Below, in pieces: positions 18,517-27,957 of a DNA stretch of 64,000 nt; position 1 is the stretch's first letter, and every line of letters begins with the position of its first letter. A program made the position numbers and the translations under genes. Under the pieces are notes generated by a model. That model was given only the letters and a program-made list of their open reading frames with translations, was not told the DNA's origin and did not search any database. The DNA is taken from sequence record OR538032.1. One strand, given 5' to 3'.

Positions 18517-18759
18517 ATGACTTCAGTAATCAACGAAAAATTCATGACAGTGATTCACAAAGCACAAGACGCAGTTGTTGCTGAAAATGCTTCTTTCGAT
18601 TACGTAGCATCTAACGCTGAGATCGCAACTGACATTTGGCACAATCACATGACTCCGTTCGAGCGTCTAGAGTTTGTTCAGTTGTTCACTAACGAGTCTC
18701 TAGTGATTGAACGCCGTTACGACCTTGCGCTTTGGTTAATTGAAAATTCTTTGAAATAA
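18517..18759 (+). CDS. Hypothetical early protein
   Basis: Leader-driven ATG. Confidence 0.75.
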   Translation: MTSVINEKFMTVIHKAQDAVVAENASFDYVASNAEIATDIWHNHMTPFERLEFVQLFTNESLVIERRYDLALWLIENSLK

Positions 18760-18817
18760 TGCTTGACGAGTTTCACCAAAAAGCCGATAATAGCTACATC
18801 AAAACGAGGAGAACATT
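18757..18817 (+). promoter_or_regulatory. Early promoter
   Basis: TTGACG(18763)-17-GATAAT; ATCAAAACGAGGAGAACATTATG. Confidence 0.7.
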
Positions 18818-19108
18818 ATGAACTACACAACTGAAACAATCAAAGCATGTCTTGAACTAGTTGCAACTTTGAAATCAGACAAGATTACAAAAGGCAACGT
18901 AGAGAAGCTACGCGCCGCATATCGTGCTCAATCTGACCAAGAAGTGTCTATTGCTATGTCTTCTATCTGTTCGATTGCAGAGCGTCATTTAGACCGCAAA
19001 GCAGCGAATCGTCCTGCAATGAGCAAGTGTGCTGAGTCTTACTTGAACTTTGATTGGCGTACAATCCCGGGTTGTGTTGGTTTTTCACGTGAAGTACTAG
19101 AGGTATAG
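18818..19108 (+). CDS. Hypothetical early protein
   Basis: Leader-driven ATG. Confidence 0.75.
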   Translation: MNYTTETIKACLELVATLKSDKITKGNVEKLRAAYRAQSDQEVSIAMSSICSIAERHLDRKAANRPAMSKCAESYLNFDWRTIPGCVGFSREVLEV

Positions 19109-19109
19109 C

Positions 19110-19220
19110 ATGAGCAAGATCGACGAAGCGTTTTTCTGCATTTTATTTTACCTATGCGTGTTTGTATACAAAACACGTTGGTTTCTAATTGGTATGGGGG
19201 TAGCATGGTTAGTCTTTTAA
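19110..19220 (+). CDS. Small hydrophobic peptide, 36 aa
   Basis: RBS GAGG; MSKIDEAFFCILFYLCVFVY... Confidence 0.45.
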   Translation: MSKIDEAFFCILFYLCVFVYKTRWFLIGMGVAWLVF

Positions 19221-19486
19221 AAGCAGTTAACAGTGAGTTCACAGACAAGACGGGTTATGTTTTGCCTGTTGAAATCGCAGAGAAAGTATCACGCGAGTGT
19301 GAGCAAGAATATTGGAATACGTTTTACACTCATGATTGCACGTCGTTAGACACTGCTGACCGCGATGTTGTATTCGATATGATTGCCGCAGAACTTGGAT
19401 TTGAAGACGGATGGCCAATGTACGGTTCGTCTGAAGAGTACACAAACAAATTTTGGCAAGCAATTCAAAAACTGGAGAAAGCATGA
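19205..19486 (+). CDS. Hypothetical protein
   Basis: Start uncertain (19154 or 19205); ATGA coupling at 3' end. Confidence 0.6.
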   Translation: MVSLLKAVNSEFTDKTGYVLPVEIAEKVSRECEQEYWNTFYTHDCTSLDTADRDVVFDMIAAELGFEDGWPMYGSSEEYTNKFWQAIQKLEKA

Positions 19487-19770
19487 AATTTTTAGCTAAA
19501 GTGAAAGAGTGGCTGTTCCCTACTATCACGCCACCATCAATTGGTGATAAATTTCGCCAAACCGAGAAAGATTGGGTTGACACTGAACGCGAAGCGACTA
19601 TAATCGAAGTCACCAACGTATCGAAAGACGGGAAATACGTGAAATACGAGTTCACGCAAATTGAAGGTAAGCCTGTTGTGCAGTCGCTTTCACTCAGTAG
19701 CTACTCATCAACGAGCACGTATGAAATCCCGACACAACACCTTTACAGATTATTTGAGAAAGTAGAATGA
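19483..19770 (+). CDS. Hypothetical protein, paralogous family with 20194 and 20622
   Basis: SIGDKF...IIEVTNVSKDGKYVKYEF. Confidence 0.7.
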   Translation: MKFLAKVKEWLFPTITPPSIGDKFRQTEKDWVDTEREATIIEVTNVSKDGKYVKYEFTQIEGKPVVQSLSLSSYSSTSTYEIPTQHLYRLFEKVE

Positions 19771-20183
19771 CACGAATCAATTGTATGCCGGTTGAAACGC
19801 TCTCTGACAAGCATTTGCTTGCAGAGTACAAAGAGATAACCAGACCGTTTAACAAGGTTGAGAAGCGCATACAAGCGCATACAATGGGTAATGTGACTAT
19901 TCCTAGTCATTACGTACTTGGTACAGGTCACGAAACGTTCTTTTTTGATAAGTTGCATTATCTTTACGTTCGTTATCGTGACCTTTGTGAAGAGTTATTA
20001 CATCGTGGCGTGAATATCAACGTTGATCAGTTCGATGAGATTTGTGAATGGATTGAACGAACGTTCGTTGACACGCCATATTGGAACTATTGGACACCGC
20101 GACCAGAAGACATGTATTTGAACATGGCGCGATTAGTAAAGCGTAGCAATTTCGACGCTGCAAAAGAAGAAGCACTAAACTGA
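19767..20183 (+). CDS. denV: Pyrimidine-dimer DNA glycosylase / endonuclease V
   Basis: MTRIN N-terminus, HLLAEYKEITR, YVLGTGHETFFFDKL. Confidence 0.92.
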   Translation: MTRINCMPVETLSDKHLLAEYKEITRPFNKVEKRIQAHTMGNVTIPSHYVLGTGHETFFFDKLHYLYVRYRDLCEELLHRGVNINVDQFDEICEWIERTFVDTPYWNYWTPRPEDMYLNMARLVKRSNFDAAKEEALN

Positions 20184-20193
20184 GGAAATTATT

Positions 20194-20625
20194 ATGGCAC
20201 TAGCACCCGACCCTAGAGAAGAGCTACCTGAACGTTTTGACTTCAAGATGCCAGAAGAGCCTAAGACTCGCAAGACGAACTGCAAAGTAACTGAAGAGAA
20301 AGACAAGAACATCTTCAAGATCATCATGTTCTGGTTCTTCTTTGCGATATTTGGTATTGCAGTTGCAGCGTTCTTTGGGGTTTTCAGCAAGATAGAAATT
20401 GGGGATCGTTATTACCTTCTGCAAGACGTGGGATGGGAACGCTCTCAAAGCGTATTGTTCGGTATTGAAATCACAGACGTGAATTACGCAGCCGAGCGAG
20501 TACGGTACAAGTACATCAACTTAGATGCTGTAGATGAGAAAGAAATGGCGTTTAGTGCTTTGAAACGTTCTTACGTACCGGCTGACAGTGTTGAAATCAA
20601 TCACTCTATGGAGAAAACAAAATGA
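20194..20625 (+). CDS. Membrane-anchored protein, paralogous family
   Basis: TM segment; EIGDRY...IEITDVNYAAERVRYKY. Confidence 0.7.
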   Translation: MALAPDPREELPERFDFKMPEEPKTRKTNCKVTEEKDKNIFKIIMFWFFFAIFGIAVAAFFGVFSKIEIGDRYYLLQDVGWERSQSVLFGIEITDVNYAAERVRYKYINLDAVDEKEMAFSALKRSYVPADSVEINHSMEKTK

Positions 20626-20975
20626 CAGCGACCAAATTCGTAGGCTCAATCGTAGCTGTATGGCTTGGTATTATATTTCTCGTAGCCATGAACATCACTG
20701 GGTATTCGTTATTCAAACCAGACATTAAAGTTGGTGACGTATATCAGTCTGTCAAAGAAGCAGAATTTGCCAGTGACCCCGATGAAGTAACGATCATCGA
20801 AATCACTGAAATCAGCAAAGACGGCGATGACGTTCGTTACATTTACAAAATGATAGACAACAAGGCGTATGAAAACGACGATCCATATCATTGGAAAATG
20901 AAAAAGCGTTATATCTACCGTTACTATGAGAAACTTGATTATGAAAGCAACGCAAAAACAGATCGAACTATGTAA
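20622..20975 (+). CDS. Membrane-anchored protein, paralogous family
   Basis: TM segment; KVGDVY...IIEITEISKDGDDVRYIY. Confidence 0.7.
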   Translation: MTATKFVGSIVAVWLGIIFLVAMNITGYSLFKPDIKVGDVYQSVKEAEFASDPDEVTIIEITEISKDGDDVRYIYKMIDNKAYENDDPYHWKMKKRYIYRYYEKLDYESNAKTDRTM

Positions 20976-21165
20976 CTTACTCATTGACAACGGTGCTCCG
21001 TTTGAACTAAAACACCCACACGAAGATTCCATCGAAGCTGCTGATCAGTTCATCAAAGCGAATCGTCATTATCTACAGCGTGGTATCGTCAAGCACGAGA
21101 ACTATTATCACAAAGCAGTTGAGAACGGTTTGATGCCTGAAGACATCGGTGTGTGGAATATGTAA
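20941..21165 (+). CDS. Hypothetical protein
   Basis: Start MKATQKQ. Confidence 0.6.
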   Translation: MKATQKQIELCNLLIDNGAPFELKHPHEDSIEAADQFIKANRHYLQRGIVKHENYYHKAVENGLMPEDIGVWNM

Positions 21166-21228
21166 AAAGTGGTTGCAAAGCCGAATCAGATGCGTATAAT
21201 GAACTCATCAACTAAAGAGAGACACGTT
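21164..21228 (+). promoter_or_regulatory. Early promoter
   Basis: TTGCAA(21173)-16-TATAAT; GAGAG leader. Confidence 0.7.
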
Positions 21229-21417
21229 ATGATTTTGAAATACATCATAATGCAATACGACGAAAAAGACGTAACGTATCACGACGAGTCTGTTTTCGAC
21301 TATCAACCAATATTCGTATCGTATGATTCTGCCGAAGCAATTGCCAAACTTGAATTGATGCGAAGATCTGAAACTAAAACACGTTGGTTTGCTTGCCACG
21401 TTGAGGAAGAGAAATGA
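21229..21417 (+). CDS. Hypothetical protein
   Basis: Start at leader ATG 21229. Confidence 0.65.
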   Translation: MILKYIIMQYDEKDVTYHDESVFDYQPIFVSYDSAEAIAKLELMRRSETKTRWFACHVEEEK

Positions 21418-21624
21418 GCTTTAAAACACGAGTACAAATTTGGCGCGTCGCACGAGTCATTGTGATGTTCACTTACAATCTCTCGGTCGCTATCTCGCGT
21501 AGCTTCTAACACACGAGGGATGGTATGCAGTTCACGCTATCCCTAAACGACTTATCACCAATGGGATTCGACGAGTTCAACAAAGCCGTCGATAAAGTCA
21601 GGGAAGAATCAGAGGAAGAAAATT

Positions 21625-21849
21625 ATGAAAGTAGTATACGAAAATGCGACAAAGCACGAGAAAGGTCTGCTTGTTTACTTGCATTTCAATGACGAGACTG
21701 AATATCGTGTTGGTAAGAATGGCACTGTTCAGCGTGGTAAGTCGTTTCACGGCAAAGTAAAGCGCGGTGAAAAGGTCTACGCAAACGAACATGTTGTCGG
21801 TCACAAAAGCAACACGCTTGAAGAAGCGAACAAGCGAGTATTCAAATGA
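21625..21849 (+). CDS. Basic hypothetical protein
   Basis: RBS GAGGA; ATGA coupling. Confidence 0.65.
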   Translation: MKVVYENATKHEKGLLVYLHFNDETEYRVGKNGTVQRGKSFHGKVKRGEKVYANEHVVGHKSNTLEEANKRVFK

Positions 21850-22229
21850 ACGATAACGAACTAAAAGGCTTACCAACTGACATCGACTTGCTAGAAACAG
21901 CAATTCAGTTGCTCAAAGCAAAACCTTATGATCAGCGCCGTCTAGAGCATTTAGCAAATGTCATGACTCGCGTTCAACCTCAAATACTCAAGCGAAAAGC
22001 TGAACTTGACTGCTGGGCAGTGAAGCCATTCACCAGAATGGATATGAAAAAGCTACAAATCGTACCAACGAACGGCGTGTTTTATCAAGAACAATTGATT
22101 CACACGTACGACAAAGACGCTCAAGCGTTTCACATGCTTGATTATTTCAAAGAGAACGACATCAAATCATATGGTGAGTTTCTTGACCATCTTAGCGAAT
22201 TGGAGAATAAAGTATGCACGCAGGTGTAA
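21846..22229 (+). CDS. Hypothetical protein
   Basis: ATGA coupling. Confidence 0.7.
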   Translation: MNDNELKGLPTDIDLLETAIQLLKAKPYDQRRLEHLANVMTRVQPQILKRKAELDCWAVKPFTRMDMKKLQIVPTNGVFYQEQLIHTYDKDAQAFHMLDYFKENDIKSYGEFLDHLSELENKVCTQV

Positions 22230-23194
22230 TTGGCAAGTTCAACAACTATCATCAAGGTCATTTCAAATTGATCAAGTTCGCGCTATCGCTTGCAGACAAA
22301 GTAACTGTTTTGCTTTGCACTGAAGACACTGACCCGATTCCAGTTGAAACGCGCATGAAGTGGATGCACCAGGACTTCGGTAATCGCATTAGCATTAGTG
22401 TAATCTGTCCGAGTGATGAAAATCTATCGAACAAATCAGAGTCCGACCGCGAAGTATCGAAGCAGTGGGCTGCTTTTATCGACGAGCGTTACCCTGAAAT
22501 TGATGCATTCGTTGGTTCTGAGCAATACATCAATTACTGTGCTGAGTACGGTAACTTTGACGGAATCATTTACGATGAAGAACGCGAGATCACTCCTTGC
22601 TCAAGCACTTCGGTTCGCGAGAACGATTCTCACGAGTTCTACAGCCCGAGCGCACAACAAGACCGAGTACGTCGAATTGCATTCATCGGTCCCGAGTCTT
22701 GTGGTAAGTCATGGAACGCAGCATCAATCGCAGCCGCTAACGGGTATGAACTTGTACTCGAAGCAGCACGCGACATCATGAGCGATAATCACTACACTGA
22801 ACACGATGTTCTTGAGTTCGCGATTGCACAAACTGCACGAATCGAAGCAACCGGTAAAGAAAGTGACACTGTAATCGTTGATTCTTCAGCTATTACGTCG
22901 GCAGTTTACAGTCAGTTTCAATTCAATCAATCATCGGTTCTTCTGAATGCATTAGCTGCTTTTGAAAACATTGATGCTTATGTACTCTTCCGACCAAACT
23001 GTGAGTTTGTTCAAGATGGTACACGCACACAGACGCAAGAAGACCGCGAACGCTGGTTTGAACTTGCAAAGGCTATGCTTCTTCGATTGAACAAGCCATT
23101 CTTGATTGTTCAGAAAGGGCAGAATTGGGAAGAACGTTTACACGAAACGGCAAGTCATGTTTCACTACTGAGAGATAAAGTAAAATGGGTATAA
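22214..23194 (+). CDS. nadR: NadR-type NMN adenylyltransferase / ribosylnicotinamide kinase (no HTH)
   Basis: GKFNNYHQGH, SSTSVR, P-loop GPESCGKS, IVDSSAITS, DGTR. Confidence 0.9.
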   Translation: MHAGVIGKFNNYHQGHFKLIKFALSLADKVTVLLCTEDTDPIPVETRMKWMHQDFGNRISISVICPSDENLSNKSESDREVSKQWAAFIDERYPEIDAFVGSEQYINYCAEYGNFDGIIYDEEREITPCSSTSVRENDSHEFYSPSAQQDRVRRIAFIGPESCGKSWNAASIAAANGYELVLEAARDIMSDNHYTEHDVLEFAIAQTARIEATGKESDTVIVDSSAITSAVYSQFQFNQSSVLLNALAAFENIDAYVLFRPNCEFVQDGTRTQTQEDRERWFELAKAMLLRLNKPFLIVQKGQNWEERLHETASHVSLLRDKVKWV

Positions 23195-23523
23195 TCTGGA
23201 TTTCAAATATTGCGATTGTCGTAGCGACGTTACTGGTGACATTCATCATCAAGTGTGTGTTCATGGTCGACATTGGGTGGGAACGTTACTTAGACAAACT
23301 GCAACGCTTTAAGTACCGCCATTTGTTCACTCGTGAAGTTCATGAATATTTCGAAGATCACAAACACGACGATATGCCATTCTGGTGTTTTTCGTTCATC
23401 ATTCTTGATATAGTCTGTTTGGGAGTATTGTGGTTAATCGCACACTTCGCGCCAGTTGTTGCAGTGGTTGTATTACTGCTTACTCTAATTCGAATCATTG
23501 TGATTAAGGTGAAAAAATGTTAG
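23185..23523 (+). CDS. Membrane protein
   Basis: Multiple TM segments. Confidence 0.65.
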   Translation: MGIIWISNIAIVVATLLVTFIIKCVFMVDIGWERYLDKLQRFKYRHLFTREVHEYFEDHKHDDMPFWCFSFIILDIVCLGVLWLIAHFAPVVAVVVLLLTLIRIIVIKVKKC

Positions 23524-23861
23524 TCAAGACGATTTCTTCAATTCTTCTACTGGCGTGGTTAATCAACTTAGCCATACCAGTTATTATATCGCTCGGCGGG
23601 ATGTTGATAAACTTCATGTTCCGCAGTGAAATCCCATTTGTTAAATGGGCTGAATCGTACCAAGAGTTCAAATATGGTTGGCTATTTGGGCCATACATGG
23701 AAGGTGACGATCACGCAATTGCGTTTTTCATGCTTGATTTGATTGTAGGATTCATAGTAACATTAATCAGCCTGTGGCTGATTGAGCAAAGCATCGTCGT
23801 GTGGTTGATTATCGCCATGCCATTCATTGTCCGATTTATTACAGGGTTGATTAAAAAATGA
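23517..23861 (+). CDS. Membrane protein
   Basis: Multiple TM segments. Confidence 0.65.
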   Translation: MLVKTISSILLLAWLINLAIPVIISLGGMLINFMFRSEIPFVKWAESYQEFKYGWLFGPYMEGDDHAIAFFMLDLIVGFIVTLISLWLIEQSIVVWLIIAMPFIVRFITGLIKK

Positions 23862-24124
23862 GTTTAGCAAATTACACCGAGAACGCTCTCCGCGAAGAAC
23901 TACAACGTCGCGAAGCTGAACGCGAACTACTTGGTAGCATTCAAGTAGTACTTGACAAGACACCGGTTCAAGAAGTCGAAACACGACTAGTCAATTTGGC
24001 TAAATCGTACCTCGAAGATGAATTGCAAGATCGAGAAATCGACACGCAATATGCATATGAAGAGATTATGATGCTCGTATACGGTAAAGACGTGTTTGAT
24101 AAACTGAATCGTCTTCGTCGCTAA
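23858..24124 (+). CDS. Hypothetical protein
   Basis: ATGA coupling. Confidence 0.7.
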   Translation: MSLANYTENALREELQRREAERELLGSIQVVLDKTPVQEVETRLVNLAKSYLEDELQDREIDTQYAYEEIMMLVYGKDVFDKLNRLRR

Positions 24125-24148
24125 CAATTACTTTGAGAGAAATATATC

Positions 24149-24814
24149 ATGTTTGATTTACTGTTTAACATTAACCACACTGTGTTTTCAATTGGTGATT
24201 ATGCAGTGTCTGGTCTAGAACTCTGGGCAACTCTTACTGGTTTGATTTGTGTCATCATGGCACGAATGAATATGAAGCACAACTTCACAGTCGGCATTGT
24301 GAACTGTATCGGGTTCGCAATTCTGTTCTTCCAGATTCAGTTGTATAGTGACGTGCTCTTGCAGGGGTTCTTCATTGCAATGTCGATCTTCGGCTTCTAT
24401 CAATGGAACAAACAAGGTACAGATGAAGTCAAAATCCGTTACTTGAAGATGCGTAAATTCGCAGGTTCGATTGTAGCGACGTTGATTGGTACTGCGGCAC
24501 TCGCGTACTTCATCGACCCGATTATGAACTTCAGTGGTTCACTGCTTGTTACCGATTACGTACACGCCCCTGCTGAACTCGCTGTGCAAGATGCATTCAC
24601 GACTGTAGCAAGTATCATGGCGTTTATGCTCATGATTCAGCGTAAAGTCGAAGCATGGTGGTACTGGGTTGCAGTAAACGTAGTGTGCATCGTGAACTAC
24701 AGCACGCAGGGCGTAATTGTAGTTGCTGCTGAATACTGCATTTTCCTAGCAAACGCGCTTTATGCAATCGTAATCTGGCATAAAGAAGGCATGAAAAACG
24801 AGGCACAAGCATGA
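24149..24814 (+). CDS. pnuC: Nicotinamide riboside transporter PnuC
   Basis: Polytopic; FFQIQLYSD, GFYQW, DAFTTVAS, QRKVEAWWYW; near nadR. Confidence 0.9.
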   Translation: MFDLLFNINHTVFSIGDYAVSGLELWATLTGLICVIMARMNMKHNFTVGIVNCIGFAILFFQIQLYSDVLLQGFFIAMSIFGFYQWNKQGTDEVKIRYLKMRKFAGSIVATLIGTAALAYFIDPIMNFSGSLLVTDYVHAPAELAVQDAFTTVASIMAFMLMIQRKVEAWWYWVAVNVVCIVNYSTQGVIVVAAEYCIFLANALYAIVIWHKEGMKNEAQA

Positions 24815-25059
24815 ATACATGGGACGAAGTGAAAGACGCTGTAAACGGCGTCTTCAAAACAACAGGTGAATTCACAAAGCGTTTCCCAGATACTGACGTA
24901 GTAGCAGTTGTTTTTGATAACGCACTACCGCAAGCACTAGACAAAGCGTTGCAGCTTGCATTCATTCACAATCTCGACCGTAACAGCGTTGATTGTCAAG
25001 TCATGTTAAACGGTTACGAGCAACTAAAAACAAAAGGTTGGATTGGCGATGGTTGTTAA
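24811..25059 (+). CDS. Hypothetical protein
   Basis: ATGA coupling. Confidence 0.65.
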   Translation: MNTWDEVKDAVNGVFKTTGEFTKRFPDTDVVAVVFDNALPQALDKALQLAFIHNLDRNSVDCQVMLNGYEQLKTKGWIGDGC

Positions 25060-25336
25060 AGGGTTACCTGTTTATCTAGTCGGCGCACCGGTCATCATGA
25101 TCGATGCGCAAACTAAAGCTCCACTAAATGGCACGGAAGGTGATGTCGAAAAGCAAGTATTGGAAATGCGAAGCTTCTTGAGCAAGCCGAACTGGTGGCT
25201 TGAGAAAGTACTTGAAGAACTCGCTGACGGTGCGATTCAAGAAGGCGCAACTGCCCTGTACTTGTATGACGTTGATCATCACGCAGAAATCCCGGGTACT
25301 GGTATCATTTACAAGCTTCGCGGGGCGTGGGCATGA
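25049..25336 (+). CDS. Hypothetical protein
   Basis: Overlapping operon gene; start approximate. Confidence 0.65.
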   Translation: MVVKGLPVYLVGAPVIMIDAQTKAPLNGTEGDVEKQVLEMRSFLSKPNWWLEKVLEELADGAIQEGATALYLYDVDHHAEIPGTGIIYKLRGAWA

Positions 25337-25830
25337 CATATCGAAAGTTCAACTTACGTGAGAACTTCGAACACTGCACTGAAGAGCAAATGACCGATTT
25401 GCATTTCGTATTTGATAAAGTCGAACCTTATTGGCGAGATTGCAAAATGCTAACCGAAGAGCAACGTTTTCGTTTAGCTCAGTGTCATGCAATGGCGGTT
25501 GTTCGAACGTTGAAGAACGCGATTATCGACGGCAAGCGTAATCGTATTATGAATCGACTACGACAAGAAGAAGCGGATCGACTATACAATGGCGATCAAT
25601 CAAAGCTATACTTGTACTACCCGCACCACTTAGTTGATGAAGAGTATCCGTTTCGCGCCGAATGGTGGGTAAGCTATTGCGAACAAGATATTGAAAACAT
25701 CGAAATCGCGCTTCAGAAAAGTCGCTATAGTGAAGGTCGCTTTATGAGCCGTGACCGTTATCACCTTGAAACGATGATGGAAGTTTTTGATGTAGTACGT
25801 GAAAAACTTGAAAGAAGATTCTTGATGTAG
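25333..25830 (+). CDS. Hypothetical protein
   Basis: ATGA coupling; start MTYRK. Confidence 0.7.
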   Translation: MTYRKFNLRENFEHCTEEQMTDLHFVFDKVEPYWRDCKMLTEEQRFRLAQCHAMAVVRTLKNAIIDGKRNRIMNRLRQEEADRLYNGDQSKLYLYYPHHLVDEEYPFRAEWWVSYCEQDIENIEIALQKSRYSEGRFMSRDRYHLETMMEVFDVVREKLERRFLM

Positions 25831-25872
25831 CGATTTGATTCGTGTATACTCTTAAAAAAAAAGGAGTATCAC

Positions 25873-26067
25873 ATGAACCAAGTACCAGATTTAATCTTCC
25901 ATCTAATGAACGACAATGAAATCATCACAATGTGTTTCATTGTCGTACTAACACTCGTGATAATGCACGCGATTACGTTCAAGAATTGCGCTGTGTTATT
26001 CATTTCATCATTCATTCACGGCATCATGACGTTTGTTGCCTTGTTCTATACGCCTATGGGAGGCTAA
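25873..26067 (+). CDS. Small membrane protein
   Basis: RBS AAGGAG; two TM segments. Confidence 0.65.
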   Translation: MNQVPDLIFHLMNDNEIITMCFIVVLTLVIMHAITFKNCAVLFISSFIHGIMTFVALFYTPMGG

Positions 26068-26068
26068 T

Positions 26069-26338
26069 ATGAGCGCACCTAGTACTGCACATTTCTTCGC
26101 TGTTCATGAGAATGGTGAGCGAGAACATTTAGGTCACATTTTCTGCAACTGTGGTTGGTTCTTTCATGAAGAACACTTCTTGGCTGATATTGCAGACGAC
26201 ATCGAACGCAGTCAGATTCTAAACGGCACTATGAAGAAAGGTGTTGAGTGGGATTATGTCGTTGCATACGGCATGGCATGGTCAAAAGAAACTGTCATGA
26301 GCCACTTACCAGATCTCGCACCAGTGAGAGGTGAGTAA
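26069..26338 (+). CDS. Hypothetical protein
   Basis: RBS GGGAGG; start MSAPS. Confidence 0.7.
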   Translation: MSAPSTAHFFAVHENGEREHLGHIFCNCGWFFHEEHFLADIADDIERSQILNGTMKKGVEWDYVVAYGMAWSKETVMSHLPDLAPVRGE

Positions 26339-26556
26339 TGTTAGATGCATTGCATTTCACTATCATCAAATCGCCAGTGATATTCTCTGTCATTGCGATT
26401 GTTCTAGGCGCGCTCATCATGGGAATTTGTGAATCGCTAGATGAGATTGTTTACAATGAAGATGCTGGTATTGTCATCCCTATCTTATTGGCGTTCATAG
26501 TCGCATTCGGTTCTATCGTGTATTGCGGCATTTTCTATGAACCATCATACTTCTAA
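26338..26556 (+). CDS. Small membrane protein
   Basis: TAATG coupling; two TM segments. Confidence 0.65.
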   Translation: MLDALHFTIIKSPVIFSVIAIVLGALIMGICESLDEIVYNEDAGIVIPILLAFIVAFGSIVYCGIFYEPSYF

Positions 26557-26577
26557 GACGCTTCGGCGTCTTTTTTT
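26555..26577 (+). terminator. Intrinsic terminator
   Basis: AAGACGC-TTCG-GCGTCTT-TTTTT. Confidence 0.85.
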
Positions 26578-26595
26578 GTATCTGAGAAAAATATT

Positions 26596-26668
26596 TGAAA
26601 AGTGGTTGCATTGCATGTCGTTTATGCCTAATATAGCTTCATCGAAACGAGATACGAAAGAGAACATT
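26596..26668 (+). promoter_or_regulatory. Early promoter and leader
   Basis: AAAAGTGGTTGCAT...CCTAATATAGCTTCATCGAAACGAGA...AGAGAACATTATG. Confidence 0.75.
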
Positions 26669-27031
26669 ATGAAAACTCATCTACGCGACAATGCAGTAAC
26701 AAGCACAACTCACATTGAACTTGAAATCACGACACCTGTTCTTGGTTGGTTCAACAATGAATTCAATCAAGCTGACGGCTGGGTGATTGTTGCACTAGAC
26801 GAGTTCGAAAAAGCGTTTCTTGAAAATGCATCAATCGACCACTCAAATGTGTATCGCGTCATGAACGATGATCGCACTAGCTTGTGTCGCATCAACGTTG
26901 AAAAAGAGACATATGCGTTTCTTGACAACGCTGAACTAATGGAAACTGGTATGTACAAGTTCGAGCGTCCTGCGAAATACCGCTCACTGTACATTGACAG
27001 CAAGAATGAGCTATTCAACCAAGGGAAATAA
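26669..27031 (+). CDS. Hypothetical early protein
   Basis: Start at leader ATG 26669. Confidence 0.75.
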   Translation: MKTHLRDNAVTSTTHIELEITTPVLGWFNNEFNQADGWVIVALDEFEKAFLENASIDHSNVYRVMNDDRTSLCRINVEKETYAFLDNAELMETGMYKFERPAKYRSLYIDSKNELFNQGK

Positions 27032-27032
27032 C

Positions 27033-27263
27033 ATGTTAAAGTTAACTGTATTTGATATTGAAACAATTGTACAGGTCGGTATGCCGATTCGTGTGCAGAA
27101 TGTACGCACCGAAGAAGTATTTACGACGCATGTCGGCTTGATTCGCGGTCACTTTGTTGCAGTGTATGACGATGACAGCATTTACATTTTCACTGACGGC
27201 ACTCGCTTAGATGAAACTGAGCTATTTCGCCTAGCTGACAACGCAACCCTAACACACATTTAA
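27033..27263 (+). CDS. Hypothetical protein
   Basis: RBS AAGGGA; start MLKLT. Confidence 0.65.
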   Translation: MLKLTVFDIETIVQVGMPIRVQNVRTEEVFTTHVGLIRGHFVAVYDDDSIYIFTDGTRLDETELFRLADNATLTHI

Positions 27264-27273
27264 GGAAAACATC

Positions 27274-27513
27274 ATGTTTGGTTTTGTAGAAGATATTTTT
27301 GACAGCGCAGTTAACACAGTAGACGACTTTATCAACGATCCGATTGGTCAAACTGTGCATCACGCAACTTCACCTATTCGCGACGCTGCTGAGATCATCG
27401 ACGGTCTAACTGAAGGCGAAATCCGAGGCATGGCTATTGCACGACTAGGTGCAGATGTCGCGGCTGGCATGGCAATTTCTGAAATCATCGAAGTACTTGA
27501 GTTGGGAGAGTAA
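27274..27513 (+). CDS. Hypothetical acidic amphipathic protein
   Basis: RBS AAGGA. Confidence 0.7.
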   Translation: MFGFVEDIFDSAVNTVDDFINDPIGQTVHHATSPIRDAAEIIDGLTEGEIRGMAIARLGADVAAGMAISEIIEVLELGE

Positions 27514-27515
27514 CA

Positions 27516-27794
27516 ATGACTGAAGCAAAACAAAGTATCTGGCTACCACATGTAACGTTAACTTACTTTCATGCATTCTTATTATTAGTCAACTTGTGGA
27601 CTGCTTCGACAATCTACGAACATTCTGTACCAATGCTGATCGGTCTAATACCTGGCATGGCTATCGGTCTGAGTGTCATGCTTGTAGTGAATCTATATGA
27701 AAAGAACTCAGAAACGTTTATCGCAGACGTTAAAAAGCCAATTCAACTACTGCTTACCAAGATTCGCGGTAAGATAGGTAAGAAAGATGTCTAA
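27516..27794 (+). CDS. Membrane protein
   Basis: Two TM segments. Confidence 0.65.
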   Translation: MTEAKQSIWLPHVTLTYFHAFLLLVNLWTASTIYEHSVPMLIGLIPGMAIGLSVMLVVNLYEKNSETFIADVKKPIQLLLTKIRGKIGKKDV

Positions 27795-27957
27795 AGCAAT
27801 CTTCACGCTATTTCGAATAGTATCAATCTACGGGGTTGGTGTGGTGACACCGACTCTATATGCAAGCAACCCGTTGACAGTTATCGCGCCAGCTATGGTA
27901 GTTATCGGATTTGGAATTTCACTAATCTCGGATATAGTATCAAATGAAAAAAACTAA
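27787..27957 (+). CDS. Small membrane protein, 56 aa
   Basis: Hand-translated MSKAIFTLFRIV... Confidence 0.5.
   Translation: MSKAIFTLFRIVSIYGVGVVTPTLYASNPLTVIAPAMVVIGFGISLISDIVSNEKN

Noticed and set aside
21414-21624. Small ORFs between 21417 and 21625
   Set aside because: Two short competing frames (about 31 and 55 aa) with no decisive RBS or coupling; left unannotated.
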